50,776 nucleotides of DNA, from the IMG/VR virus record IMGVR_UViG_3300036785_000282, positions 1-50,776 of that record; one strand, given 5' to 3'. This document shows, piece by piece, positions 37,439 through 46,992 of the stretch (position 1 is its first letter; every line of letters begins with the position of its first letter). This stretch comes from a virus (lineage: Duplodnaviria > Caudoviricetes). Below the pieces are notes generated by a model. That model was not told the origin of the DNA. It saw only the letters and a list, made by a program, of their open reading frames with translations, and ran no database searches. Position numbers and translations under genes: made by a program.

Positions 37439-37586
37439 TTTCTCCTTCTATTAGTTCTATCAATTTTTCAAGGTCTTTGGGATCGGAATACTCTAAATTT
37501 AGAGTTGCAGATTTGTATGTCATATTGATTGAAATCTTTGATTTTTCTTCTAATTTGATTGAATTTGGTAATTCTGTATTGTCCAT
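37425..37586 (-). CDS. hypothetical protein (MDNTELP...)
   Basis: Start at ATG 37586 after AAGG; the upstream part of the track ORF is promoter sequence. Confidence 0.65.
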   Translation of the reverse strand: MDNTELPNSIKLEEKSKISINMTYKSATLNLEYSDPKDLEKLIELIEGEIDEN

Positions 37587-37620
37587 TTTATGTGCCTTGT
37601 TGTGTGTGAAAGTGCTTGCA

Positions 37621-37657
37621 ATCATCGCTGACGATGTGTAATGTGTCAAGAAATATT
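37621..37657 (-). promoter_or_regulatory. early-class promoter
   Basis: ATATTTC-TTGACA-17-GATGAT. Confidence 0.6.
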
Positions 37658-37674
37658 TAAACGAGGAAACAACA

Positions 37675-37773
37675 ATGGACTACGATTTTATTGCTAAACT
37701 AATGGTCGGTGCCTGCTTTGGTGCGGTTGCGCTGGTTATCTTCTGGATCATCTTTGCTGTGGTGAAAAAATGA
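37675..37773 (+). CDS. 32-aa single-TM protein (MDYDFIAKLMVGACFGAVALVIFWIIFAVVKK)
   Basis: Manual translation; GAGG RBS; ATGA overlap with the dUTPase gene. Confidence 0.7.
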   Translation: MDYDFIAKLMVGACFGAVALVIFWIIFAVVKK

Positions 37774-38270
37774 CAAACCTTTATATCGAACGTATCAGTG
37801 ACCAAGCAGTTTTGCCTTATCGGGCTACAGAATTATCAGCAGGTTTAGATGTGTGTGTTTGCTTTCATGAACCTACTGTTACTTGTTTTTATGGCAAGAA
37901 ATCACAGCAGTATCGTATCAAAGATGGTGTTTTAGCTCTGCTGCCCGGCGAACGTGCCATGATACCCACGGGATTACGTATGGCTGTAGATCCGGGTCGG
38001 TGTATCAAGATTTACCCGCGTTCGGGCTTGAGTCTTAAACAAGGATTAACACTGATAAATTCTGTAGCAGTTGGTGATTCAGAATACCGTGATGAATACT
38101 TTATTTTATTGGTCAACCATTCGAAACATGCTCAAATCATTAATCATGGTGACCGAATTTGTCAAATCATGGTGGAGCCGGTTTTGTTTACCCCAGTTGT
38201 TGAGCTAAAAAAACTACCAGTAGCGCGGGATAGTCGTTGCGGTGGTCTTGGTAGCACAGGGGTAAAATGA
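37770..38270 (+). CDS. dut: dUTPase (trimeric)
   Basis: SAGLD, PRSGL, DSEYR, GDRICQ and R.GGLGSTG motifs. Confidence 0.95.
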   Translation: MTNLYIERISDQAVLPYRATELSAGLDVCVCFHEPTVTCFYGKKSQQYRIKDGVLALLPGERAMIPTGLRMAVDPGRCIKIYPRSGLSLKQGLTLINSVAVGDSEYRDEYFILLVNHSKHAQIINHGDRICQIMVEPVLFTPVVELKKLPVARDSRCGGLGSTGVK

Positions 38271-38509
38271 TGAACATATTCAAAAATTTCTTTGGTCAGT
38301 TTGTAGCATATTTACCAAGTGTTCGGATCGTTGATCCAGCTTGTGTTAGTTATGAACACTCGAAACAAGAAACTTACCAAGATTGTTGTAAAGATATCAT
38401 AAATGGTTGCGATATCGGGATAAAACAACTTCAGGAATTACGCGAACGGTATGAAAAACGAATGGTAACTAATGCAATGGGTGTATCTTATGACAAACTC
38501 GAAAAATGA
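38267..38509 (+). CDS. hypothetical protein
   Basis: ORF track; ATGA overlap. Confidence 0.65.
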   Translation: MMNIFKNFFGQFVAYLPSVRIVDPACVSYEHSKQETYQDCCKDIINGCDIGIKQLQELRERYEKRMVTNAMGVSYDKLEK

Positions 38510-38564
38510 TTGGTTATATTGCTTATTATTAATTTCATGTGTTATAGCAATGGGGATAGTATAA

Positions 38565-38744
38565 ATGTTTGAATTTATTTTATATGTGTTTTTATGTTGT
38601 TTGGTTGGTGCCATTGGTCGTAAATCAGGCCGTAGCATGACGATATGGACAATTATCGCGGTTATGACAACACCACTATTTGGCGGGTTATTATTAGCTA
38701 TACGTTGGCTAATGAATGGTAGTATCATTAGAACCACCACCTAA
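38565..38744 (+). CDS. 59-aa two-TM membrane protein (MFEFILYVFLCCLVGAIGRKSGRS...)
   Basis: Manual translation; GGGGA RBS. Confidence 0.7.
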   Translation: MFEFILYVFLCCLVGAIGRKSGRSMTIWTIIAVMTTPLFGGLLLAIRWLMNGSIIRTTT

Positions 38745-38758
38745 GAGGAATCCTAGAA

Positions 38759-39103
38759 ATGACACCAACAGAAATCCGTTTCAACATCTTGAAATTGGCG
38801 CAGTATGATAAAACCGCTGCCGAAATCATGGTAGATTTTGTAAAAGACGACGAAACTCGTTATAACTTATACGTGCTAGCTTTTGAAAATACAGCATATA
38901 TGGGGCAACAAGTTACTGAACGTGCGTCATCTGCTAAAGATGCTGCTGAAATCATGGTTGCATTTACAGGTAAAGATAACGCTGACAAATATCAGCTGTA
39001 TACTCAATGTTTCTCGCGCACTTCACCAAATACCGATGTTAAATCCCGTGCTGTTGCCGCAAGTGATGAAGCCAGTAAACTGTATTCCATTTTCGAATTG
39101 TAA
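38759..39103 (+). CDS. hypothetical protein with an internal duplication
   Basis: GAGGA RBS; AAEIMV.F..D..Y.LY...F occurs twice. Confidence 0.8.
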   Translation: MTPTEIRFNILKLAQYDKTAAEIMVDFVKDDETRYNLYVLAFENTAYMGQQVTERASSAKDAAEIMVAFTGKDNADKYQLYTQCFSRTSPNTDVKSRAVAASDEASKLYSIFEL

Positions 39104-39104
39104 T

Positions 39105-39128
39105 AAAAAGGGGCCAATCGGCCCCTTA
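39105..39128. terminator. terminator between convergent genes
   Basis: AAAAAGGGGCC-AATC-GGCCCCTT. Confidence 0.75.
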
Positions 39129-39131
39129 CCT

Positions 39132-40481
39132 TTAATCCCCGATCCCCGGTAATCCACCACCTGCACTATCTATACCATCTGTTGGTAAACCCAACTCCTC
39201 ATATAAATGACGTTGTAATTCTTCATCTGGGAATACCGTCGCGCCAGCTTGTGCTAATTTCTGCAATGCAGTAACCAGTACATCAGCAGATTCTTTAGTT
39301 ATTGAACCTGCTCGTAACGTTGGTTTGTATTCTTCAGGAAACGCATTTAATTTCCATAACTGATCAACTAATTGCCGGTTAATGCAAGAGGTATTTGATT
39401 CGACACGGGATTGCATGGCCTTGATCCAAAGCTCTGTGCGGTCACCTAAGTTAGATTGGTTACCGGTGTTACCATTTGTACCAAAAAACAAGAAATCCGC
39501 CAACAAGGCACGGGCTATACCTACATCTAAACGTTTAATTGTCCGGTCGATATCCACGGGATTACTTGCCGATGGTGTAACTAATTCTAATTTAACTTGC
39601 TGTTCACTTGAGTAAGATAAATTTCCATCAGCATCAACGTTTTGATAAGGCTTACTATAAATTACAGCACCTGATTGTTCATTACGCTTGATCCCCTTTA
39701 CCATTTCTTCATAGCTGTTGATGGCTTCAGCGGCGTTGTTCCGTTGCCATTCAGGTATGGATGTGTCAGCAGCAATCTTTTTCAAATCACTATTTACAGT
39801 TAAAACCGGGAAGCCTGTACCGCGTTCAGCTAATACGGATTCTATTTCAAGATGCATTTTCTTGTAATACCATAAACGATACGCGGTTCTTAAAATAGAG
39901 CGACCTTCTGGACTTCCTTTGTTTACACCGGCAATAATATGTAACGATCTGTCTCGTGGGATTATTTTAGAAATACCAGTAGATGGCCCCATTTGTTTAA
40001 CACCGATTACATAGCCATAGGGTTCTTCAATTTCCCATCCCGTGACTGTTTCCGGTGCCACTGCGACTAAACGGGCAATCCCAATAGAACCATCGTCTAA
40101 ATCTTTAATCCAAATGTCATACCACATGAAACCGAAAACATCGTTGTCCGTCCATGTTTGTACAAATGCATCCCATGTGTCATCAGGTAATGCACCGCGC
40201 GGGTCACCCATTGATTCGAATAACGTTTTATTCAGCCAATCGGCATAGCGTACAGATTCAGGATCTTCTTTATCACTAGCATCTGTATACCATGGAATTG
40301 TGCGATATACGCTATTCATAGCCAGCAATACGCCACCTATGGTTTCATCATTTTCGGCCATCTGGCGTAATATTCTACGGCCTGACTGACCATTTAATTT
40401 AGGTAAAAAGTCATCGATTACTTGACCGCCAGCGCGACGATAACCGGCTACGGCTAGTTGATCATATTGGTTTTCTGCCAT
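39132..40481 (-). CDS. portal protein (DUF935/Mu gp29-like)
   Basis: 449 aa; M..ND.TIG, SPEGRSILR.AY..W..K and I.R.D..IAR..LA.F motifs. Confidence 0.9.
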   Translation of the reverse strand: MAENQYDQLAVAGYRRAGGQVIDDFLPKLNGQSGRRILRQMAENDETIGGVLLAMNSVYRTIPWYTDASDKEDPESVRYADWLNKTLFESMGDPRGALPDDTWDAFVQTWTDNDVFGFMWYDIWIKDLDDGSIGIARLVAVAPETVTGWEIEEPYGYVIGVKQMGPSTGISKIIPRDRSLHIIAGVNKGSPEGRSILRTAYRLWYYKKMHLEIESVLAERGTGFPVLTVNSDLKKIAADTSIPEWQRNNAAEAINSYEEMVKGIKRNEQSGAVIYSKPYQNVDADGNLSYSSEQQVKLELVTPSASNPVDIDRTIKRLDVGIARALLADFLFFGTNGNTGNQSNLGDRTELWIKAMQSRVESNTSCINRQLVDQLWKLNAFPEEYKPTLRAGSITKESADVLVTALQKLAQAGATVFPDEELQRHLYEELGLPTDGIDSAGGGLPGIGD

Positions 40482-40550
40482 TCTATGCGGCCTCGATACG
40501 GTAGTTTAAAAGGATTTTACCACGAATAATTTTAGTGATATAGGTGTAAA

Positions 40551-40586
40551 ATAATTCTAGACACATTGCCGTAAGTGGTCTAGACT
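40551..40586 (+). promoter_or_regulatory. early-class promoter
   Basis: ATAATTC-TAGACA-17-TAGACT. Confidence 0.7.
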
Positions 40587-40622
40587 AGGTTTTAAGTTAA
40601 ATGTCAGATAGAGGAACGAATT

Positions 40623-40865
40623 ATGGATAAGTTTACGACAGACGGGACAGGTTCTGTGCTGGATTCAGAAGGGTGTGAAGTTTGCTATGTTCATGGTGTT
40701 GATGATTTTAGAGAAACTGCGGTTTTATTTTCTGCTGCACCAAAACTATTAAGCGCCTTGCAGAATATGGTAAACCGTACTTGTCCATACGGTCATAACT
40801 TCGATTGTAACTGTGCTTATAACGACGCAAAACTGGCGATCAAAGAAGCATTGGGGGAACAATGA
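40623..40865 (+). CDS. hypothetical protein
   Basis: GAGGA RBS; L.SAAP.LL.AL motif common in small phage proteins. Confidence 0.75.
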   Translation: MDKFTTDGTGSVLDSEGCEVCYVHGVDDFRETAVLFSAAPKLLSALQNMVNRTCPYGHNFDCNCAYNDAKLAIKEALGEQ

Positions 40866-41101
40866 AACACGTATTTGATTTAAAATTAGATGATGGTTGT
40901 TATATTGGTGCGGTTTTAAATCATCGTGTATATTCGCATCGACGTTTTATTATTTTTGGTAAACGCAAACTAGTAGCGGAAATTAATTATTACTGTGTTA
41001 ATTACAGTAGAATCGGCGCAGAATGGATTGCTGACAATTGTAACATTCATACTCTTCGAAACGATGAAGAAATAAATAAGGTACTGAAAAATGAGCAATG
41101 A
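40862..41101 (+). CDS. hypothetical protein
   Basis: ORF track; ATGA overlap. Confidence 0.7.
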   Translation: MKHVFDLKLDDGCYIGAVLNHRVYSHRRFIIFGKRKLVAEINYYCVNYSRIGAEWIADNCNIHTLRNDEEINKVLKNEQ

Positions 41102-41708
41102 AAAATATTACACTTATTATAAATCTACAAAAGAAGAGGCGAAAGAGCGTCTCGAATTTTACCGCACAAATTTTGAAGGTAAGCGGGAAGAAGTATTAAC
41201 AAAACTTTTGGCAGATTCTGGCGCAGTTGGTTTTACTACAACAAGTAGCTGGGGTAACGATCCAATATTGATTTCGTATTTGGCTTATCCTCACGATTAT
41301 GATTTCGGTATACCTTACGGCAAATTAAAAATTGTTCGTTACGATTGGCTCAATAATAAAAAAGTCATCATTGCCCGTGGTAAAATGAACACGGTAGAAG
41401 GGCGCGAACTTAATAAAAAACTGGAAGGTTTTATTAAACCAGTTAATGATTTACTTAAAAAACTACCGACATTGAAACAATGGTTGGTTAATGAATACAA
41501 TATCGCATACCAGTCAACAGGTGAGGCTACCGGTTCTGGTATTGCTTTAATTAGTACAGTTGCTGGTACAGATTCCAAAGGTGAATTAATTCTTATCCGC
41601 ATCCCTAACAAAGAAAAAGGTGCTCGAGGTAGTACACCACCAAAAGCACCTAAAGGTTTTGAACAAATCACCTATGGCCAATTTTACGATTTAGCGAATA
41701 AGGAATAA
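41091..41708 (+). CDS. hypothetical protein
   Basis: ORF track; operon packing. Confidence 0.8.
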   Translation: MSNEKYYTYYKSTKEEAKERLEFYRTNFEGKREEVLTKLLADSGAVGFTTTSSWGNDPILISYLAYPHDYDFGIPYGKLKIVRYDWLNNKKVIIARGKMNTVEGRELNKKLEGFIKPVNDLLKKLPTLKQWLVNEYNIAYQSTGEATGSGIALISTVAGTDSKGELILIRIPNKEKGARGSTPPKAPKGFEQITYGQFYDLANKE

Positions 41709-41710
41709 TA

Positions 41711-42376
41711 ATGGACACTTTAGAAATTATCGCACTAATTGCCGAACCTGATTCTGATGCACGCATGGCGTCTATTAAACGTTTGGCACTTTTGGAAACT
41801 CAACCTAAAATAGATATTGAACAGCTTTTTAAACCACAACCTCGTTTAGATATTAAATCGGTTCAACCTTCGCCGTTTCCAAATGTTGCTGTGTCTGTTG
41901 TTTTATCAAATGACAACCAAGTTGATTTGAAACATCAAGATATTGAACAGATTAATGAACTTATTCCGAAACCAGCCTTCGAACCGGCAGAAGTTTGCGG
42001 CGTTACAAAAACAATAGATGTAATCAGAAACACTATTAATTATAAACTATCATTAAATGACGGGTCATATTGTTATATCAATGAAAATAAAGCTACCGAA
42101 TTATATACATTTATTCCAAGACCGATAGTTGAACATAAAATCAAAGGTTGGACTAAACATGTAGGTACACCGATACAGGCTGAACTTGATACCGGTGATA
42201 TTCTCGATATTTCCGATCTACAAATTGCAGCAATGTATAACAGACTGGTAAAAGTTGAAAATAAATCACGACCAATGGATGAACTTGTTGAAATGTTAGA
42301 TAAGTTGAGTAAACCTAATTACGATTTGTGTGACATTTTAGAGGATTATAAAAGATGGAGAAGAATGAACATGTAG
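41711..42376 (+). CDS. hypothetical protein
   Basis: AAGGA RBS; ORF track. Confidence 0.75.
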   Translation: MDTLEIIALIAEPDSDARMASIKRLALLETQPKIDIEQLFKPQPRLDIKSVQPSPFPNVAVSVVLSNDNQVDLKHQDIEQINELIPKPAFEPAEVCGVTKTIDVIRNTINYKLSLNDGSYCYINENKATELYTFIPRPIVEHKIKGWTKHVGTPIQAELDTGDILDISDLQIAAMYNRLVKVENKSRPMDELVEMLDKLSKPNYDLCDILEDYKRWRRMNM

Positions 42377-42468
42377 CAAAACGTTATCAAGATCAGTATT
42401 ACTGTTCACGATGTGGTAAATCGTGGGATATCGACGACCCGGAACCCCCAGAATGTGAGGAAGAATAA
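42355..42468 (+). CDS. 37-aa putative zinc-binding protein (MEKNEHVAKRYQDQYYCSRCGKSWDIDDPEPPECEEE)
   Basis: Manual translation; GAGGA RBS; H..CxxC..C pattern. Confidence 0.65.
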   Translation: MEKNEHVAKRYQDQYYCSRCGKSWDIDDPEPPECEEE

Positions 42469-42472
42469 AAAC

Positions 42473-42508
42473 AAATGCCCGGTAAGTTATCAGCCTGCCG
42501 GGCATTTT
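42473..42508. terminator. bidirectional terminator
   Basis: AAATGCCCGGTA..TGCCGGGCATTTT. Confidence 0.7.
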
Positions 42509-42510
42509 CA

Positions 42511-43032
42511 TTAACTCAGTACGATACCTGTAATAACACCATTAGCAACTGAGATAGTCGCAGTAGTGCCAGTACCTGTTACACCGGTTATCGTCGCACC
42601 GTTGACCACAGCAGCCACTGTAGCCGCTAACTTGACATTAGATAACACACCGGCAGACACAGCGGCGTTATGAGTACCAGCAATAGCAGTACCGGCGCTA
42701 TTCTGAATCGTGACAGTATCGGCGTTATCAACCATCGCAACCGTAGCGGCTAAATTAATGCCTGTAACCGCGCTGGCAGCTACAACAGCCGTCCCGTTGT
42801 GACTATCTGCCCCGGCACTATTTCGAACCGCTACAGTGGCCCCGTTGGCTAAAATAGCACTTGTGGACGGCAACGGATCACCACCTACAGCTTGAAAGAA
42901 ACGAGAAGTGTTGAAACTATCCGCTGCCACAACCACGGGGTTACCCTGAATGGTTTGTCCACCACCTAATGCAGCTGCCACTTTCTGTGATAACTCCATT
43001 GCTGATTGTGCTTCAATTAACGTATACGCCAT
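42511..43032 (-). CDS. putative virion decoration/fibre protein (DUF1737-like N-terminus, A/V/T repeats)
   Basis: Follows terL; repeated NSAG..AATVA units. Confidence 0.6.
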   Translation of the reverse strand: MAYTLIEAQSAMELSQKVAAALGGGQTIQGNPVVVAADSFNTSRFFQAVGGDPLPSTSAILANGATVAVRNSAGADSHNGTAVVAASAVTGINLAATVAMVDNADTVTIQNSAGTAIAGTHNAAVSAGVLSNVKLAATVAAVVNGATITGVTGTGTTATISVANGVITGIVLS

Positions 43033-43043
43033 TTTTATTTACC

Positions 43044-44831
43044 TCACCAGACTGAACCATATTGAGGTGTTCCCACTGTAGAAACACCCGCCATTCCTAA
43101 CACTTCATTATCTACTGCCTTTGGTTTAGGACTCGCACAAATTACCAAGGCATCAAATAAGTTAGGGGATTTTGAACCATTCGGTTTTTTATTGATAGCA
43201 ATTTTACCTGCACCGTTATTATCGTAAGTCGGTTGTGATAATTCGGCTTCCAACTGTTGAGCAAACGGTAATTTACTGTCGATACAAATAATTTCATCAG
43301 GATCTTGCGGTTCGTTTTCCACAACCCATTTATATGTGCGGTGGAATCTCATGCGTAACGCCCATGATGATTGTGCTTTATAATTAGCAAAATAATCTTT
43401 GTTACTGCGTCGGTCAGGGTCGCCCGGTCTAGACCCCGCAATGATATCGCCCGATGGGTCAACAACTTTTGCATTCGGCACCCATGGTTTAACCGGCATT
43501 TTCAAATCGGGCATCAAACTTGCCGCAACTTTTACACCCGTACCAACGCCGGTTGATTCATACCAGTATTCGTCAACACCCATCATATTAGCCATTCCGA
43601 GCATTCCCGGCGCGGCTTTTTCAGCACCACGGTTATCTTGTGCCAGAAAATTAACTAACACACCTTTCATGGTAACTAATGCTGAACTATCTTCACCACC
43701 ATCAGCAGCATCTTGCCCGGCGACTTTCTTCCCTGTTGGCTCTATGCCAAGTTTAATATGAGCGTCGATAGCAGCACGAACCCATGCCGCAGGAATCAAT
43801 ACACCTTGTACCGACGCGGCATAATCTCTATCCACTTCCTGCGCAAATATATGTGATAAGCCATCATCTTCTTTAGATTTCTTCTCTATATTGTACCATT
43901 CCTGATCTTTGCCGGGATGATCGCGCCAATCTAAAATAAGAACCCATGTTTTACCTTTGGGTATCTTTTTATCGGGTTCCCATTCTACGCCAGCCATTCT
44001 ACGCCGGTAAAATACGTTACCTATACCATTTACAGACGATATATCTATACGAACGTTGGTGTTAGCTGACAATGACGCTTCAATCAACTCAGGTCGGTCT
44101 ACGTGCGCGGCTTCATCCAGAAAATAGATAGATTTACGACCGCCGCGACCAATGTTATCACCGGCCTCACCTGTTATCGTTGCACCGTTCTCAGGGTTAA
44201 TACATTTCATAAAGGTGCAGTGATCTTTTTCTCTAAATCCCCGTGGTTTTAACTCATCAGGAAGATAGCGAATAATTAACCTGATTTTCTCAAAAATACT
44301 GTCTGGGTCGCCTAACTTATCTACCAAAATTTCTTTTCGGCTTCCCCAACCCACCGACGAACCGTTGCGATATTTCCAGATCCACACCGACATAGCAGCG
44401 GCTACCCATGTTGCGCCATAATCACGGGACTTTTCCAACAAACCTTTGGCTTTCTTTTCCAGCGCCTCATAAATGAATTGAACCAAGTCAATTTGGCGCA
44501 AGAACATGCCGAAAGGCATAGTTGTAGGTATTTCGGTACCGGCGTTACGTGGGTCATAGGTAATGCACCAGTCAAGAACAAATGCCACCGGGTTAGTAGA
44601 ATAATATTTATCCATGATCGTTTTCGCTTGCGGGTTAGTTCGCAGCTGGTTGATCATTTCGATACGGTCACGGAAACAACGCGTGTAATCAGGGCGCGGC
44701 TTGTCATGCAACCACACACGGTAATCATCGCGGTAACAGTCTGCCCATCTTCCACGTTGTGGTAACAAGCCGGTGTATTTATCCATAGCGGGTACGAGTT
44801 TCCAAAGTCGGGTATTGAGCGATTGTATCAC
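43044..44831 (-). CDS. terL: terminase large subunit
   Basis: KSRDYGATW, GRGGR..YFLDEAAH, GQDAADGGED and SPNLFDAL motifs; the true start may be ATG 44786. Confidence 0.95.
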   Translation of the reverse strand: MIQSLNTRLWKLVPAMDKYTGLLPQRGRWADCYRDDYRVWLHDKPRPDYTRCFRDRIEMINQLRTNPQAKTIMDKYYSTNPVAFVLDWCITYDPRNAGTEIPTTMPFGMFLRQIDLVQFIYEALEKKAKGLLEKSRDYGATWVAAAMSVWIWKYRNGSSVGWGSRKEILVDKLGDPDSIFEKIRLIIRYLPDELKPRGFREKDHCTFMKCINPENGATITGEAGDNIGRGGRKSIYFLDEAAHVDRPELIEASLSANTNVRIDISSVNGIGNVFYRRRMAGVEWEPDKKIPKGKTWVLILDWRDHPGKDQEWYNIEKKSKEDDGLSHIFAQEVDRDYAASVQGVLIPAAWVRAAIDAHIKLGIEPTGKKVAGQDAADGGEDSSALVTMKGVLVNFLAQDNRGAEKAAPGMLGMANMMGVDEYWYESTGVGTGVKVAASLMPDLKMPVKPWVPNAKVVDPSGDIIAGSRPGDPDRRSNKDYFANYKAQSSWALRMRFHRTYKWVVENEPQDPDEIICIDSKLPFAQQLEAELSQPTYDNNGAGKIAINKKPNGSKSPNLFDALVICASPKPKAVDNEVLGMAGVSTVGTPQYGSVW

Positions 44832-44857
44832 TGTTTCAGCAGTTTAAAAATATTCAT

Positions 44858-44894
44858 AATAATTCTTGACGTTGGTTCTGAAGCGGTCTAGACT
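44858..44894 (+). promoter_or_regulatory. early-class promoter
   Basis: AATAATTC-TTGACG-17-TAGACT. Confidence 0.8.
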
Positions 44895-44932
44895 GTTTTA
44901 CAAGATGAAAAATTAACTGAAGGGGTGATAAG

Positions 44933-45130
44933 ATGGCTGCTAAGCGAATTGCTAAAAACAGATACGGTAATTGGGTAGGTTATGTAAGTGGTCAGCGCTG
45001 GCACGAATTCGGCGACCATGCTAACTCTGAATCAGACGCCAACGAGTGGCTCAATAACCCTAATCTGATCCGTAACCGTACTGAACAACCGGTATTAACC
45101 AATCGATTCAAATTATCAAAAGGTAAATAA
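44933..45130 (+). CDS. hypothetical protein
   Basis: AAGGGG RBS; first gene after the promoter. Confidence 0.75.
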   Translation: MAAKRIAKNRYGNWVGYVSGQRWHEFGDHANSESDANEWLNNPNLIRNRTEQPVLTNRFKLSKGK

Positions 45131-45131
45131 A

Positions 45132-45440
45132 ATGAAACAACCTAATGAAAAAATTACCGGTACTGATGTAGCATTTGGCCCAAAAAACATTGGTGACTTT
45201 TTACCTCTAATGAGTGACATCCCGAAAGAGTTTTACGATCGTGATAACGAATGGAATAAGTATATCTGTAACTGGTTCTTCAACGGCATGAAAGAATGGC
45301 CCGTTGCTGTAGAAGGTGTACATTTTAAACAAGCCGCCGCACATATTCGGGTAATTCTCGGATCATGGGAACCTAAACATGAACATAAAATAGCAGGTTG
45401 CGCGTATCTCGCATCACTTTGGTTTAAGGAACCTAAATAA
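45132..45440 (+). CDS. hypothetical phage protein
   Basis: ORF track; SWEPKHEHKIAGCAYL segment. Confidence 0.8.
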   Translation: MKQPNEKITGTDVAFGPKNIGDFLPLMSDIPKEFYDRDNEWNKYICNWFFNGMKEWPVAVEGVHFKQAAAHIRVILGSWEPKHEHKIAGCAYLASLWFKEPK

Positions 45441-45667
45441 TGAAAACAGTTGCTATTAAAATCAATGGTAGATATTTTCGTGGTGGTCGCAATTCACCAT
45501 CATTATTTTTACATGACGCTCAATTATTTGACGCTGATTCATCAAGTTTCAAATTCACAATTCGTAATTTGAAAAGTATGGATGTTAAACACGCTGTTGT
45601 CACTATCGGTGAGACAGAACCGTTATTAGATAAACTGGCGTATTATCAACAAGAGGTAATTTTATGA
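45440..45667 (+). CDS. hypothetical protein
   Basis: ORF track; overlaps neighbours. Confidence 0.7.
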   Translation: MKTVAIKINGRYFRGGRNSPSLFLHDAQLFDADSSSFKFTIRNLKSMDVKHAVVTIGETEPLLDKLAYYQQEVIL

Positions 45668-46149
45668 CAGTTGCTTATCAAGCAATGGTGTTTGCGCGAT
45701 ATGTTCATAGTGAACAACGCCGAAAGTATACCAATAACCCATATGCCGATCACCTTGCTGAAGTCGCCGGAATAGTGGCAACTGTTGATTGTCACCCTGA
45801 AACAATCGCAACTGCATGGCTACATGATTGTATTGAAGATCAGAACGTAACTCATTTAAGATTACATCATTTATTCGGTAAGGAAATTGCAGATGGTGTA
45901 ATGCTGCTTTCTGATCTTGAAACGGGCAATCGTGCAGAGCGCAAAGCAATGAGTCGTAAACGCTTAGCCGGTGCGCCGGGATGGATACAGACAATCAAGG
46001 TTGCTGATTTAATATCAAATACATCAAGTATTGTTGAACATGACCCGAAGTTCGCTAAAACCTATTTGGAGGAAAAGCGTTTATTATTGGATGTGTTGAC
46101 CGATGCTGATCCGAGATTGTTAACTATTGCATGGGGACAAATAAAATGA
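45664..46149 (+). CDS. HD-domain RelA/SpoT-type hydrolase (small alarmone hydrolase, Mesh1-like)
   Basis: FA..VH..QRRK.T..PY..H..EVA, AWLHDCIED and IKVADLISN motifs. Confidence 0.88.
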   Translation: MTVAYQAMVFARYVHSEQRRKYTNNPYADHLAEVAGIVATVDCHPETIATAWLHDCIEDQNVTHLRLHHLFGKEIADGVMLLSDLETGNRAERKAMSRKRLAGAPGWIQTIKVADLISNTSSIVEHDPKFAKTYLEEKRLLLDVLTDADPRLLTIAWGQIK

Positions 46150-46505
46150 CACTTCATTACCGATATTGGAATGATAACAGCGGTAGTATTTATTTAGATA
46201 AGTTTGTCACCGTGGGTGAAACAGCAAAAAGTTACTGGGTAATTCAGTGCTGTTATGCAACTTTTTCTGATGATTTTATAAAAACACATCGCAAACTTGT
46301 ATCAAAAACGAGTCGTAAACGTTACTGCTATCCGAGCAAGGTTGAAGCATGGGAGTCTTTCATCCATAGGAAGCATCATCATATCAATCGTCTAAGAACC
46401 ACGTTAGAAGCGGCTGAGTATGTGTTAAACGTTGCCAAAGAACGCCACTGTGCCCCACCGGGTGAAACAGTAATAAGAAAAAAAGATACCGGGGATTTCT
46501 TTTAA
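46131..46505 (+). CDS. hypothetical protein
   Basis: ORF track; the start is probably ATG 46146 (MTLHYRY). Confidence 0.75.
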   Translation: MGTNKMTLHYRYWNDNSGSIYLDKFVTVGETAKSYWVIQCCYATFSDDFIKTHRKLVSKTSRKRYCYPSKVEAWESFIHRKHHHINRLRTTLEAAEYVLNVAKERHCAPPGETVIRKKDTGDFF

Positions 46506-46540
46506 TAATTCTTGACGTGTTGCGAGGAGTACGCTATGGT
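46504..46540 (+). promoter_or_regulatory. early-class promoter
   Basis: AATAATTC-TTGACG-TGTTGC..17-TATGGT. Confidence 0.75.
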
Positions 46541-46609
46541 TAAGTTGTCAGTTATTATTTTTATCTACACAATTTTCCCATTTGTTTTAGAACTTTATGA
46601 GGTATTGAA

Positions 46610-46768
46610 ATGAGCAAAGCTAGATTTAGTAGTACCGGCACTATGATAGCGCCACGCAACATGATCGACGCGGTAGAATTATGTTGCTGGGTTCACGTTG
46701 CCACATCACGTTCTATGGAAGCGGTACAACGTTCACGTAAAGTTATGTGTGGGGTAAACAAGAAATGA
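46610..46768 (+). CDS. hypothetical protein, 52 aa (MSKARFSSTGTMIAPRN...)
   Basis: Manual translation; GAGG RBS; ATGA overlap with the next gene. Confidence 0.6.
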   Translation: MSKARFSSTGTMIAPRNMIDAVELCCWVHVATSRSMEAVQRSRKVMCGVNKK

Positions 46769-46992
46769 AAGTTACAGTTAACCTGAATGATACCGTTGTT
46801 TTAAAACTGAACGCCCACGGGGCAAAAATATACAACGATTATTATTCTCCAATTTGTGCCGATCAACGCGTTAATGTAGACGACGTTATTAAAGTTACGT
46901 TATGGCATATGGCGCATATATTTGGGCCTCATCTTTATAACGGCGGTAAACTACCTTTTGAATCAACAACACTGGAAATAACTCACTCATGA
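46765..46992 (+). CDS. hypothetical protein (MKVTVNLND...)
   Basis: ORF track; start adjusted to ATG 46765. Confidence 0.75.
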   Translation: MKVTVNLNDTVVLKLNAHGAKIYNDYYSPICADQRVNVDDVIKVTLWHMAHIFGPHLYNGGKLPFESTTLEITHS

